This document shows, in pieces, positions 1 through 9,841 of a stretch of DNA of 27,243 nt (positions are counted from its first letter, which is position 1; every line of letters begins with the position of its first letter). Below the pieces are notes generated by a model that ran no database searches, was not told the origin of the DNA, and saw only the letters and a program-made list of their open reading frames with translations. The position numbers and the translations under genes are program-made. Source of the DNA: an uncultured archaeon (GTDB taxonomy: Archaea > Iainarchaeota > Iainarchaeia > JAADDC01 > CAZMYQ01); assembly GCA_964577235.1 (NCBI GenBank), contig CAZNYH010000078.1:1-27243 (forward strand), given 5' to 3'.

Positions 1-3
1 CTA

Positions 4-876
4 ATGAAAGTCTGGTACAACGGAAAAATTGTTGAAGATTTGAAAATTCCAATAACAACTCATGCATTACACTATGGAACTTCTATTTTTGAAGGAATAC
101 GGTGTTATAAATTAGTTAATGGTAAATTAGGAATTTTCAGGCTAAGAGACCACATAAAAAGATTTTTTTATTCAGCAAAATGTTTGGAAATGAATTTAAA
201 ATTTTCTGAAGAGGAAATAATAAACGCATGTAAAAAAATAGTAATCGAAAATAATTTAGAAGATTGTTATATAAGACCAATAGCATTTTATAATTTTGGG
301 AAAATTGGTTTAAATGTTTTAAACGAAAATGTAGATGTTGCTATTTTTGCATTGCCTTTTCCTAAATATTTAAATGAAGAAGTGAAAGTTATAATATCCT
401 CTTATAAAAGAATTTCGCCTTATCAAACTTTTGTAAATGCTAAAATAGGAGGACATTATGTAAATTCAGTATTATCTACTATAGAAGCTAGGAAAAAAGG
501 GTTTGATGAAGCTTTATTACTTGATATGGAAGGATATATAGCAGAAGGCCCAGGTGAGAATATATTTTTCATAAGGGATAACGTTTTATATACTCCAACT
601 GAGCATTCGATTTTGCCAGGAATTACAAGAGATACTGTAATTAAATTTGCTAAAGATTTAGGATATGAGGTTGTGATTAGACCGATAAACGTATATGAAT
701 TAGAATATTTTGAAGAAGTTTTCTTTACAGGAACTGCTGCTGAAATTACCCCAATAAAACAAATAAATGACATTAAATATTCTACTAAAAAATCAAGAGA
801 AATAAGAGACTATTACTTAAAAATTGTGCGTGGAAAAGTTGAAAAATATTTAGATTGGATAGACGTATTATATTGA
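4..876 (+). CDS. ilvE: Branched-chain amino acid aminotransferase (PLP fold type IV)
   Basis: HALHYGTSIFEGIRCY, YIRP, NAKIGGHYVNS (PLP lysine), EGPGENIF, ILPGITRDTV and FFTGTAAEITPI motifs. Confidence 0.95.
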   Translation: MKVWYNGKIVEDLKIPITTHALHYGTSIFEGIRCYKLVNGKLGIFRLRDHIKRFFYSAKCLEMNLKFSEEEIINACKKIVIENNLEDCYIRPIAFYNFGKIGLNVLNENVDVAIFALPFPKYLNEEVKVIISSYKRISPYQTFVNAKIGGHYVNSVLSTIEARKKGFDEALLLDMEGYIAEGPGENIFFIRDNVLYTPTEHSILPGITRDTVIKFAKDLGYEVVIRPINVYELEYFEEVFFTGTAAEITPIKQINDIKYSTKKSREIRDYYLKIVRGKVEKYLDWIDVLY

Positions 877-3021
877 CAAAATGTTTCTTACGAACTCGTC
901 ACATCTGTTTTGAGCGATATTTTCAATATCTTGAATAGATTCTACATTCATGTTTCTCCAGGCTCTTTTGATAATTTGAGCAGTAAACCCAGCTCTTCCG
1001 CTCAAAACAGGAGGATAAACTCCACTTTTTAATCTTGAGTAAATATACTCTTCTTTTATAAATACTTCTTTTACCGTGTAAAAACTTAATTTGTAAAATG
1101 CTCGAATAGTACTTATATCTTGATATATTTCTCTTAAAGAGTTGTAATTTTTAGGTAATATGGTAAACTCTTCTTTCGCTCCTTTTTTTTCTTTTAAATC
1201 GAGAAGTATGTATCTATTCCAAAGTGTTGCCAGTGCATAGGCTGAATATATTAAATATTTAGCCAAGATTTTTTCTATTTCTTTTTTTCTTTTTTCTTCA
1301 TCAAGACCACTGGTATCAACTTTCATAATTTCTGATTGTGCAATCCCTACAGCATTTCTAACATTTAATATAAGAGATTTCAATAACAATCCTGCCCCAA
1401 TTTCTGAACTTGTAGGTACAATGGGAAATTCACTCACTTTTTCTGAAATACTTTCTACCCGTTTTGAAATAAGGTTGTTCCAAATTTCATCTTCACGTAT
1501 AGCTCCAGAAATTGTATATCGATCTATATTAAAAGTTGTTTGTTCTCCAAATATATAATTAAAGAAGCCCCTTGCATTATCACATATACTTATTAATTCA
1601 GGGTTTCCCTGTAATGCTTTTAATTCTGATTCACTTTTACCCATATAATCTAAAATTTTTCCTACAAATTCCACCCAAGCAAAAGCATCAAATATTTCCC
1701 TTACAGGAATCAACCCATCAACTAATAAAAAGTTAAACCTTCTCTTAAAAGCAGGGTCAACATCTCCTGAATAAGGATATTTATTTGTAGTTAGAAACAC
1801 AAAATAATTATATCTAAAATCTTCATCAATTAACTTTTCTTCAGTGATTTTACTAAGTTCAGATTTAAATGTTGCTACTGTAGATTCAAATGCTATTGCT
1901 CCCGCTTCTCCACTCATTTGTCTTCCTGTAACCAATAGTTCAGCCTCATCAAATAAAATAATGTAAGGAACTTTTGCTTTTGCAGGTCCTTTTCCTTCAT
2001 TAAGTGTCCTTCTTAAAATTTTTTCAGATTCTCCTACATATTTAGACATGATATCAGGTAAAGATAATTCTTTTAGAGTTCCACCTATTTTATGATGCAA
2101 AATTCTAGCCATTGATGTTTTACCTGAACCTGGTGGTCCCCAGACCAAAAACAATCCATAATTTTCAGGAGATCCTGCTTTTGGTAGTTTAAAAACTATT
2201 GCATTTATAATTTCATCAACTTTTGGTGGATGGAAAATGTATAAATCATCTAAAAGTCGCTTATAAGCATCTCGATAAGAATCTTTTATATATTTTGGAA
2301 AGTTCAACAAATATCTGTCGATTAAAATTATTTGAGAATAAGGAGTAGATTTTGACATTAACAATAATCTTCCACCTAATGCTAAAAATCTTTCAATTTC
2401 TTTGACTATAAATTGCTCGTTAAATTTTAAATAATTATAAATATCCTGAATCATTTTAGGACTAAACTTAATTCCTTCATGTTCAAATTCTTCTAGACTA
2501 TTGCATATAGACTTTATATTATCTTCAACTTCCTTTAATATTTCATCGTGTTTTGGAATATCTATAGTTCCATTTACTTCAAATTTGGTTTTCATTCGCA
2601 TATATTGGCTTTTAAAAGTGTTATACGTTATACTATATTTTAAAAAAGTTACAAATAGTTCATAAGTTCTTGGAGTATTAATTAAACTTTTACTTAGAGT
2701 GTCTAACAATACATAAACAGCATAAGCATCTAAAGTAATGTCTAAACTAGCACATTTAAATGATAAATGTTTATAAACATCTTCTCTTCTATATTCTGGT
2801 GCAAAGTTAGGAGCAAATCGTCTTATGCTCAAAACTTTTCCCTTATCAAACACATTACCAATATCTCCTGTATTGTTTTCTACTATAGTTGAAGCTGGCT
2901 TTCGATATAAATCTCCTAAAATACCATGAGATAAAATATATATTCTATTTCCAATCTCATTTATTCTGTTAAAAACATTTAAATAAACTTTTATGGGCAT
3001 TGGTCTATTGTTAAATTCCAT
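868..3021 (-). CDS. AAA+ ATPase of the classic AAA clade with long unrecognised N- and C-terminal regions (717 aa)
   Basis: Walker A GPPGSGKT, pore loop IMSKYVGESEK, Walker B IILFDE, sensor 1 TTN, second region of homology DPAFKRRF; flanking regions not recognised. Confidence 0.85.
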   Translation of the reverse strand: MEFNNRPMPIKVYLNVFNRINEIGNRIYILSHGILGDLYRKPASTIVENNTGDIGNVFDKGKVLSIRRFAPNFAPEYRREDVYKHLSFKCASLDITLDAYAVYVLLDTLSKSLINTPRTYELFVTFLKYSITYNTFKSQYMRMKTKFEVNGTIDIPKHDEILKEVEDNIKSICNSLEEFEHEGIKFSPKMIQDIYNYLKFNEQFIVKEIERFLALGGRLLLMSKSTPYSQIILIDRYLLNFPKYIKDSYRDAYKRLLDDLYIFHPPKVDEIINAIVFKLPKAGSPENYGLFLVWGPPGSGKTSMARILHHKIGGTLKELSLPDIMSKYVGESEKILRRTLNEGKGPAKAKVPYIILFDEAELLVTGRQMSGEAGAIAFESTVATFKSELSKITEEKLIDEDFRYNYFVFLTTNKYPYSGDVDPAFKRRFNFLLVDGLIPVREIFDAFAWVEFVGKILDYMGKSESELKALQGNPELISICDNARGFFNYIFGEQTTFNIDRYTISGAIREDEIWNNLISKRVESISEKVSEFPIVPTSSEIGAGLLLKSLILNVRNAVGIAQSEIMKVDTSGLDEEKRKKEIEKILAKYLIYSAYALATLWNRYILLDLKEKKGAKEEFTILPKNYNSLREIYQDISTIRAFYKLSFYTVKEVFIKEEYIYSRLKSGVYPPVLSGRAGFTAQIIKRAWRNMNVESIQDIENIAQNRCDEFVRNILSI

Positions 3022-3028
3022 TAAATAA

Positions 3029-3241
3029 CTATTTTATTATTTTTACTTCAATGTTAAATCTTTTACCTGTTTCTAGTACTTCGTTTTTTATGAATTCAGG
3101 AATATTTCCTTTTACTATGATTATCCCAAATCTGGCTAAAATTATTTCACCACCTGCGTTTTTTAAAGTTTCCAAAATAGTATTAAATGCTTCTCTTTCA
3201 TTTTGAGCGTTAAGTTTTCCTCCAAACACAGAGCACAACAT
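3029..3241 (-). CDS. Small hypothetical protein (70 aa) with a predicted beta-alpha-beta-beta-alpha-beta pattern
   Basis: TAATG overlap with the rpoN stop, fills the gap to the AAA gene (7 nt spacer), typical residue composition. Confidence 0.7.
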   Translation of the reverse strand: MLCSVFGGKLNAQNEREAFNTILETLKNAGGEIILARFGIIIVKGNIPEFIKNEVLETGKRFNIEVKIIK

Positions 3242-3459
3242 TATATAAATTTAGCTGAAGGTTTTTCTATCTTGTGATATTTAATTACGTCTTTCATGAT
3301 TTCAACTCCAGATATAAACATTCTTCTACAACAGTATCTTTTTATTTTTAACCTTTTAAATGCTTCTTTTGGCCCAACTTTTTTGGATAACTCTAAATAT
3401 TTTTTCCATAAATGTCCAATAGGTTTTCCACATGTAAAACATCTTACAGGAAATAACAT
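3241..3459 (-). CDS. rpoN: DNA-directed RNA polymerase subunit N (Rpo10)
   Basis: MLFPVRCFTCGK and RYCCRRM zinc-binding signature. Confidence 0.97.
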   Translation of the reverse strand: MLFPVRCFTCGKPIGHLWKKYLELSKKVGPKEAFKRLKIKRYCCRRMFISGVEIMKDVIKYHKIEKPSAKFI

Positions 3460-3520
3460 AAAATTTTATATCAAAATTTATTTATAACCAAGAATTATAA
3501 ATATTAATAGAGGTGTTATT
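3460..3520. promoter_or_regulatory. Divergent promoter region for rpoN and rps17, with the rps17 SD
   Basis: 61-bp AT-rich spacer with TATA-like boxes on both strands (TTTATTTA/TTTATAAC 3477-3488 on +); GAGGTG at 3510-3515. Exact boxes are uncertain. Confidence 0.5.
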
Positions 3521-3814
3521 ATGATATGCAACGATGTACATTGCCCATATCATGGACATATTAAGGTTAGAGGGAAATTATTTGTGGGAAAAGTAATTTC
3601 AATAAAAAGGCATAAAACAGTAACAGTGCTAGTAGAACATATCAAAAAAATTCCCAAATATGAAAGATATGCCAGATACACTTCAAAAATTCATGCTCAC
3701 TTACCTCCATGTATAAAAGTAGAAGAAGGAGATATTGTGGAAATAGGAGAAACTAGAAAAATATCAAAAACCAAATCATTTGTAGTTTTAAGAGTACTAA
3801 AAAGAGGTGATTAA
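3521..3814 (+). CDS. rps17: 30S ribosomal protein uS17
   Basis: CPYHGHIKVRG, KYERY, HAHLPPCI, GETRKISKTKSFVV. Confidence 0.97.
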   Translation: MICNDVHCPYHGHIKVRGKLFVGKVISIKRHKTVTVLVEHIKKIPKYERYARYTSKIHAHLPPCIKVEEGDIVEIGETRKISKTKSFVVLRVLKRGD

Positions 3815-4213
3815 ATGAAAGCAATTTCAGCATCACCTGTAAAAGCAATTCAAGTTGGAACTATATTGGATTGCGCAGATAATAGCGGAGCTAGAAAGTT
3901 AAAAGTTATTGGAGTTTTGAGATACAAAGGAAGAAAAAGAAGACATCCTTGCGCTGGAGTTGCAGATGTAGTAATATGTTCAGTAATTGAAGGATCTCCA
4001 GATATTAGAAAGAAAAAAGTAAAAGCCATAATAATTAGACAAAAAAAAGAATATAGAAGAAAAGATGGAACTAGAATTTGTTTTGAAGACAATGCTGCAA
4101 TAGTTGTTAACGACAACTTTGATCCTATTGCATCTAAAATAAAAGGACCTGTTGCAAGAGAAGTTATTGAAAGATTTCCAAGTGTTGGAAGAAGAGCTTC
4201 GATGGTGGTTTAA
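3815..4213 (+). CDS. rpl14: 50S ribosomal protein uL14
   Basis: CADNSGARKL, RQKKEYRRKDG, FEDNAAIVV, KGPVARE; SD GAGGTGA at 3804-3810. Confidence 0.98.
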   Translation: MKAISASPVKAIQVGTILDCADNSGARKLKVIGVLRYKGRKRRHPCAGVADVVICSVIEGSPDIRKKKVKAIIIRQKKEYRRKDGTRICFEDNAAIVVNDNFDPIASKIKGPVAREVIERFPSVGRRASMVV

Positions 4214-4522
4214 ATGAAAAGCGCACAACCAAAAAAACAAAGAAAGTATTTGTATACTATGCCTTTACATAAAAGATGGCATTTATTTAATGCAAAAGTA
4301 TTCGATAAAGAAGGAAACAAACTTGGAAGAGATAGAATTAAAAAAGGAGTTTTAGTGAAAGTAATGCGAGGAAACTTTAAAGGACATATTGGAAAAGTTG
4401 TGAGAATAGATAGAAAAAAAGTAAGAGTTTATGTAGAAGGTTGTACAAGAAAGACCCAAAGAGGTACAGAAGTTTTAGTGCCAATTCATCCATCAAACTT
4501 ATGTATAATAAAAGGTGATTAA
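4214..4522 (+). CDS. rpl24: 50S ribosomal protein uL24
   Basis: QPKKQRK..PLHKR, KOW motif VKVMRGNFKG, PIHPSN. Confidence 0.96.
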   Translation: MKSAQPKKQRKYLYTMPLHKRWHLFNAKVFDKEGNKLGRDRIKKGVLVKVMRGNFKGHIGKVVRIDRKKVRVYVEGCTRKTQRGTEVLVPIHPSNLCIIKGD

Positions 4523-4523
4523 A

Positions 4524-5270
4524 ATGACAAGTATGGGCGGATCAAGACACTTAAAAAGGTTAGCAGCACCAAAATGTTTAAAAATAAAAAGAAAAGAATT
4601 TAAATGGATTATAAAACCATCTCCAGGACCTCATCCAAAAGATTTTTGTATTCCGTTGGGAGTTTTAATTAGGGATTATTTAGAATATGCTACCTGCTTA
4701 AAAGAAGTTAGATACATTTTAAATAAAGGATATGTTAAAGTTGATGGAACTGTTAGAAAAAGTTATAAATTTCCTGTAGGGATTTTTGATGTAATTGAAT
4801 TTGATAAGATAAATAAAACTTACAGAATAGTGGTTGATAAACATGAAAGGCTAATTCCAATAGAAATTCCTGAGAATGAAAAAACTATAAAAATTGGAAA
4901 AGTAATTAATAAACATACAGCAAAAGGAGGAAAAATTCAAATAACAACAAATGATGGAAGAAACTTTTTATTTGAAAAAACAGATTTAAAGCCTCATGAT
5001 GCTATTTTATATGAAGTTCCTTCCCAAAAAATAATAAAAGAAATTAAAATGAAAGAAGGAAATTTAGCATATATTTTATTTGGAGCATTTGCAGGCAAAA
5101 TTGGAAAAATTTTAGAAATTCATCCAGGGTCAATGACAAAACCCTGGATTGTAAAATTAGACGTAGGTGGGAAAGAAGTTTTCACTGTAAGAGATAAAAT
5201 AATTCCTATTGGAGAAAATACACCAGAAATTACAGTAGGTGATTTGAATGAATCCAATGAAACAAATTAG
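4524..5270 (+). CDS. rps4e: 30S ribosomal protein eS4
   Basis: HLKRLAAP, PSPGPH, VKVDGTVR, FPVGIFDVI. Start moved from GTG 4515 to ATG 4524 because AGGTGA (4513-4518) is the SD. Confidence 0.96.
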   Translation: MTSMGGSRHLKRLAAPKCLKIKRKEFKWIIKPSPGPHPKDFCIPLGVLIRDYLEYATCLKEVRYILNKGYVKVDGTVRKSYKFPVGIFDVIEFDKINKTYRIVVDKHERLIPIEIPENEKTIKIGKVINKHTAKGGKIQITTNDGRNFLFEKTDLKPHDAILYEVPSQKIIKEIKMKEGNLAYILFGAFAGKIGKILEIHPGSMTKPWIVKLDVGGKEVFTVRDKIIPIGENTPEITVGDLNESNETN

Positions 5271-5748
5271 AATTGAAAAAGTTACTGTAAATATAGGAGT
5301 TGGAAAAGATCTTGAAAGGTTAGAAAAAGCGAAAAAACTATTAGAAAGAATTACAGGACAAAAACCAGTAGAAACATTAGCAAAGAAAAAAATTAAACAA
5401 TGGGACATCTCAAAAGGAGATCCTATTGGAGTAAAAGTTACTTTAAGAGGAAAAAAAGCAGAGGAATTTTTAAAAGAAGTATTTCAAGCAGTAGATAAAT
5501 TAAGCAAAGATATGTTTTCAGATAGAAGTCTATCAATAGGCATAAAAGAGTATATTGAACTTCCAAGTGTAAAATATGATCCAGAAATCGGAATGTTTGG
5601 AATGGATGTTTGCATAACTTTTGAAAGGCCTGGATATAGAGTAATGAGAAGAAAGTTAAGAAAAACAAAAGTTGGAAAAAATCATAGAATAACTCCTGAG
5701 GAATGTATAGAATTTATAAGAGAAAAGTTTGGAGTGGTGGTTGAATGA
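5248..5748 (+). CDS. rpl5: 50S ribosomal protein uL5
   Basis: NPMKQIRIEKVTVNIGVG, PIGVKVTLRG, YDPEIGMFGMDV. Confidence 0.98.
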   Translation: MNPMKQIRIEKVTVNIGVGKDLERLEKAKKLLERITGQKPVETLAKKKIKQWDISKGDPIGVKVTLRGKKAEEFLKEVFQAVDKLSKDMFSDRSLSIGIKEYIELPSVKYDPEIGMFGMDVCITFERPGYRVMRRKLRKTKVGKNHRITPEECIEFIREKFGVVVE

Positions 5749-5993
5749 AACTGGAAGAATTAGCAAAATCACTTCCTAAAATAAAGAAAAAGAAAATACT
5801 TGAAAGATTACTCACTGGGAAAGGATTGAAAAAAAGAAGAAAAAAAGAAGCTAAATTTTTAGAAAGAGTTGAATCAAATAAAATAGTCTTTTGTAGAAGA
5901 TGTGGTACTCCAAAAGCAGTAATTAGAAAATATGGGCTATACTTATGTAGAAGATGCTTTCATCAAGAAGCTGAAAGAATGGGGTGGACATAA
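5745..5993 (+). CDS. rps14: 30S ribosomal protein uS14 (zinc-binding type) with a long basic N-terminal extension
   Basis: CRRCG..IRKYGLYLCRRCF; canonical position between uL5 and uS8. Confidence 0.92.
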   Translation: MKLEELAKSLPKIKKKKILERLLTGKGLKKRRKKEAKFLERVESNKIVFCRRCGTPKAVIRKYGLYLCRRCFHQEAERMGWT

Positions 5994-6385
5994 TGAAGCA
6001 AGATGCAGTGCATGATGGATTGATACAAATTAACAATGCTGCAAGAATAGGAAAAAAAGAGATACTTATAAATTTTGCATCTAAATTATTAATACAAGTA
6101 ATTGACGTAATGAAGAGATATGGCTATGTGGAAGATTATGAGCCAATACATATTTCACCGGAAATAATAAAAGTGAGAGTAGTCTTAAGCGGAAGAATTA
6201 ATGAATGTAAGCCAACAAAACCATATATGCCTGTAAAAGTTAAAAATCTACAAAAATATATTGAAAGACACCTTCCAGGGAGAGGTATTGGAATTTTAAT
6301 ACTTTCCACTCCCAAAGGAGTATTATCTCATGAAGAAGCAATTAAAGAAAATGTTGGAGGAATATTATTAGGATACGTATATTAG
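5993..6385 (+). CDS. rps8: 30S ribosomal protein uS8
   Basis: GRINEC, LSTPKGVLSHEEA, GGILLGYVY. Start set at ATG 5993 (TAATG overlap with uS14). Confidence 0.96.
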   Translation: MKQDAVHDGLIQINNAARIGKKEILINFASKLLIQVIDVMKRYGYVEDYEPIHISPEIIKVRVVLSGRINECKPTKPYMPVKVKNLQKYIERHLPGRGIGILILSTPKGVLSHEEAIKENVGGILLGYVY

Positions 6386-6394
6386 GTGAGAAAC

Positions 6395-6922
6395 ATGTAT
6401 ACTGTTGAAATACCTGAAAATGTGGAAGTAGAAATAAATTGGCCAAAAGTAACAGTAAAAGGACCAAAAGGAACTTTAGAAAGAGAATTTAATAATAGAG
6501 GAGTAGAAATAATTAAAGAAGAAAACAAACTTGTAGTAAAACCAATAAAAGAAAGGAGAAAATTCAAAGCGAATGCAGGAACAGTAGCAGCACATATAAG
6601 AAATATGATAATTGGAGTTACAAGAGGATGGAGATATATTTTACAAATACATTATACTCACTTCCCAATAAAAGTAGAAGTAAAAGGAAATGATATATAT
6701 ATAATAAACTATTTGGGAGAGAAACATCCCAGAAAAACATTCAAATATCCAGACGTTGAGGTTAAGATTCAAGGAGATAAAATTTATGTAGAAGGTATTA
6801 ATTTAGAACATGTAGCCCAAACAGCAGCAAACATTGAAAATCTTACAACACCTAAAAGATTGGATATTAGAAAATTCCAAGATGGGATTTACATAGTTGC
6901 AAGAAAGGAGGTAACTGAATGA
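6395..6922 (+). CDS. rpl6: 50S ribosomal protein uL6
   Basis: VTVKGPKG, GTVAAHIRNMIIGVT, HFPI, NYLGEK, FQDGIYI. ATG 6395 follows SD AGGTGA at 6384-6389. Confidence 0.97.
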   Translation: MYTVEIPENVEVEINWPKVTVKGPKGTLEREFNNRGVEIIKEENKLVVKPIKERRKFKANAGTVAAHIRNMIIGVTRGWRYILQIHYTHFPIKVEVKGNDIYIINYLGEKHPRKTFKYPDVEVKIQGDKIYVEGINLEHVAQTAANIENLTTPKRLDIRKFQDGIYIVARKEVTE

Positions 6923-7305
6923 TGATTAAAAAAGGGAAGTTAAAAAAAAGAAAAGTTCCTGACTTTGTGAGAATTATAGGCCCTAATAGAAGATCAAAAC
7001 CAGGACTGGATCCATATACATGGAGAAGACCAAGAGGTAAAAGAGCAAATAAACGATTAAAATTAAAAGAAGCAGGACCTGTTCCATCAATTGGATACAG
7101 ACAACCAAAAGAAGTGAGAGGATTACATCCTAGCGGATATAAAGAGATTTTAGTTTATAATCCAAAAGACTTAGAAAAAATAAATCCAGAAAAAGAAGCA
7201 GCAAGAATAGCTTCATGTGTAGGATTAAAAAAGAGAATAGAAATTATGAGAAAAGCTAAAGAATTAGGAATAAAAGTTTTGAATCCATTGAGGGGGGTTG
7301 AATGA
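6919..7305 (+). CDS. rpl32e: 50S ribosomal protein eL32
   Basis: WRRPRG, PSIGY, RGLHPSGY, VGLKKRIEI. Confidence 0.96.
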   Translation: MMIKKGKLKKRKVPDFVRIIGPNRRSKPGLDPYTWRRPRGKRANKRLKLKEAGPVPSIGYRQPKEVRGLHPSGYKEILVYNPKDLEKINPEKEAARIASCVGLKKRIEIMRKAKELGIKVLNPLRGVE

Positions 7306-7733
7306 AAGACTTGAGGAACTTAATTGCTAGAACTTTAGGAGTTGGAAAAAAGCGAATTAAAATATTAAACCCTAACGCAAAAATTACAACTAGACAAGAA
7401 GTAAAAGAAGCCTTAAAGCGAGGAGATATAGAAATTGTACAAATAAAAGGACAATACGGACATGCTGCAAAGATAAGAAGAATCCAAAAGAAAAAAGGTA
7501 GAAGAAGAGGATTAGGAAGAAGAAAAGGTAAAAAAACAGCAAGAAAATCCAAAAAAGAAGCATGGATGAGACAAATTAGAGGAGTTAGGAAATATTTAAG
7601 AAAATTAAGAGACTCTGGTATTATAACCAGAAAAGAGTATAGAAGATTATATATGCTTGCAAAAGGAGGATATATAAGAACTAAAAGAGCTGTAAAAGAA
7701 ACTTTAGAACTAATTAGAAGAGGTGCTCTATAA
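7302..7733 (+). CDS. rpl19e: 50S ribosomal protein eL19
   Basis: [41 protein letters not shown]. Confidence 0.97.
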   Translation: MKDLRNLIARTLGVGKKRIKILNPNAKITTRQEVKEALKRGDIEIVQIKGQYGHAAKIRRIQKKKGRRRGLGRRKGKKTARKSKKEAWMRQIRGVRKYLRKLRDSGIITRKEYRRLYMLAKGGYIRTKRAVKETLELIRRGAL

Positions 7734-8299
7734 TGAAATTAAAAAGAATCAGAGAAGGAAAGACAAATTATAAGAAAAGATATAAACTAGTTTTATCAGG
7801 CAAACCAAGACTTGTAGTTAGGAAGAAAAATAATTTAATAATAGCTCAAATAGTAGAATATAACCCAAAAGGAGATAAAGTACATGTCACTTTAACAACA
7901 AGGCATTTAAGAAAGTTGGGATATAAAGGGCATTTAAATAATCTCCCAGCAGCATATTTGTTAGGTTATTATATTGGAAAAATAGCAACTAAAAAAGGAT
8001 TTAATGAAGTTATCTTAGACATTGGATTACATACTCCTCATCATGGAGGAGCATTATTTGCTGTTTTAAAAGGTGCTGTTGATGCTGGAATGAAAATCCC
8101 TCATGATGAAGTTTGCCTTCCTTCAGAAGAAAGAATAAGAGGAGAACATATTAAAAATTATGCTCTATTATTAAAAGAACAAAATCTAGAAAAATACAAA
8201 AAGCAATTTTCAAAATATTTAGAAAGAGGCTTACCTCCTGAAAATATAGTAGAGCATTTTGAAGAAATAAAATCTAAAATTGACGAGGTGACTAAATGA
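7733..8299 (+). CDS. rpl18: 50S ribosomal protein uL18
   Basis: [37 protein letters not shown]. Confidence 0.97.
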   Translation: MKLKRIREGKTNYKKRYKLVLSGKPRLVVRKKNNLIIAQIVEYNPKGDKVHVTLTTRHLRKLGYKGHLNNLPAAYLLGYYIGKIATKKGFNEVILDIGLHTPHHGGALFAVLKGAVDAGMKIPHDEVCLPSEERIRGEHIKNYALLLKEQNLEKYKKQFSKYLERGLPPENIVEHFEEIKSKIDEVTK

Positions 8300-8985
8300 G
8301 TTTACCTTCAATAAGTAAAATTGTAATTCAAAAAATTACTAAGAACTATGTTAATGTTGAAGAATGGGAACCAAAAACAGAATTGGGTAGAAAAGTCTTA
8401 GAAGGAGAAATAACTTCTTTAGATGAATTATTTACCCAACCAATAAGATACAGAGAACCTGAAATAATTTTAAAACTATGCCCTGATTTTTACTTCTCAA
8501 TACTAGATAAGGGAATTACTGTAAGAGTAACCGATAGTGGTAGAAGAAACTCTTTTCAAGTATTTAGCGTAGTTGGAAACCTAAACGGATATGTGGGATT
8601 AGGAATGGGAAAAGGAAAAGATATATTAACAGCAATTCATAAAAGTGTCAGAGATGCTTTATTAAACTTAATAAAAGTAGTGAGGGGGTGTGGTAGTTGG
8701 CAATGTGGATGTAATACTCCACACTCAATACCATTTAAAGTATTTGGAAAATGTGCTGCATCCAAAATTTGGTTATTACCAGCTCCTAAAGGAACAGGAT
8801 TGGTTATAGGAGATAAAGGAAAAGTGGTTTGTGCACTAGCAGGGATTAAAGATATTTGGAGTAGATCTATTGGAGAAACAAGAACTACAATGAATTACTG
8901 TGGAGCAATATTAGATGCTTTAAAGAAAACATATTATAATAAATATTCAGAAGAAGATCTAAAGAAAGTAGGTGGTAAAATATGA
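8296..8985 (+). CDS. rps5: 30S ribosomal protein uS5
   Basis: [39 protein letters not shown]; about 20 extra N-terminal residues. Confidence 0.97.
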   Translation: MSLPSISKIVIQKITKNYVNVEEWEPKTELGRKVLEGEITSLDELFTQPIRYREPEIILKLCPDFYFSILDKGITVRVTDSGRRNSFQVFSVVGNLNGYVGLGMGKGKDILTAIHKSVRDALLNLIKVVRGCGSWQCGCNTPHSIPFKVFGKCAASKIWLLPAPKGTGLVIGDKGKVVCALAGIKDIWSRSIGETRTTMNYCGAILDALKKTYYNKYSEEDLKKVGGKI

Positions 8986-9437
8986 TTTATGCCGTAGTTT
9001 TAATAAGAGGATTGGTTGGTGCTCCCCAACCAATAATTGATACATTAAAAATGCTAAATTTAACAAGAAAAAACCATTGTTCACTAGTAAAAAAAGAAAA
9101 TGAAGGTATGTTAAAAAAAGTAGAAGCTTACATTACTTATGGAGAAATAGATGAAGAAACTTTAAAAAAACTAATATTAAAAAGAGGGAGACTTCCTGGT
9201 GACAAAAGAGTTGATGAAGAATATTTTGAAGAATTTGGAGGAATAGACTCAGTAGTTAAGGAATTGATAGAGGGAAAGAAAAAATTAAAGGATTTTGGAT
9301 TAAAACCAATATTTAGATTGCATCCTCCAAGAAAAGGATTTGAACGAAAAGGAATTAAAAAATTTTATAGAGAAGGAGGAGCTTTAGGATTTCGACCAAA
9401 AGAAGCAATGATAGATTTATTAAATAGAATGATGTAG
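8982..9437 (+). CDS. rpl30: 50S ribosomal protein uL30 (long archaeal form)
   Basis: AVVLIRG, TLKMLNL, YITYGEID, FRLHPPRKG, GGALG. Confidence 0.96.
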   Translation: MIYAVVLIRGLVGAPQPIIDTLKMLNLTRKNHCSLVKKENEGMLKKVEAYITYGEIDEETLKKLILKRGRLPGDKRVDEEYFEEFGGIDSVVKELIEGKKKLKDFGLKPIFRLHPPRKGFERKGIKKFYREGGALGFRPKEAMIDLLNRMM

Positions 9438-9445
9438 GTGATTTA

Positions 9446-9841
9446 ATGGTAGTAAGACATAGAAAAAAGTATAGAAAAAGATTAGGAAGCAGAACATACC
9501 ATGGGGATACTAAAAATAGAAGAGGAGCAGGATGTAGAGGAGGAAGAGGAAAAGCAGGGTCAAGGTCGGGTCATAAATCAAGAATATTTAAAGTAGGGGC
9601 TGAATACAGACTAAAACCAAAGAGAAAATACATAGCCGCAATTAACATTGAAGAACTTGAAAAATTAAGTGAAAAGTTAAATACTAATGAAATTAATTTA
9701 ACTCAACTAGGGATAGAAAAATTATTAGGAAAAGGAAAAATAACTAAACCAATAAAAGTAATAGTAAAAAAAGCCTCAAAAAAAGCAATTGAAAAAATTC
9801 AAGAAGTTGGTGGAGAAGTTATAACGGAGGCGACTGAATGA
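9446..9841 (+). CDS. rpl15: 50S ribosomal protein uL15
   Basis: RRGAGCRGGRGKAG, IN, KLLGKG, ASKKAIEKIQEVGG. Confidence 0.96.
   Translation: MVVRHRKKYRKRLGSRTYHGDTKNRRGAGCRGGRGKAGSRSGHKSRIFKVGAEYRLKPKRKYIAAINIEELEKLSEKLNTNEINLTQLGIEKLLGKGKITKPIKVIVKKASKKAIEKIQEVGGEVITEATE

Noticed and set aside
4-876. ilvE as a sign of amino-acid biosynthesis
   Set aside because: A lone aminotransferase is common in reduced genomes and shows no pathway; no other ilv genes in the window
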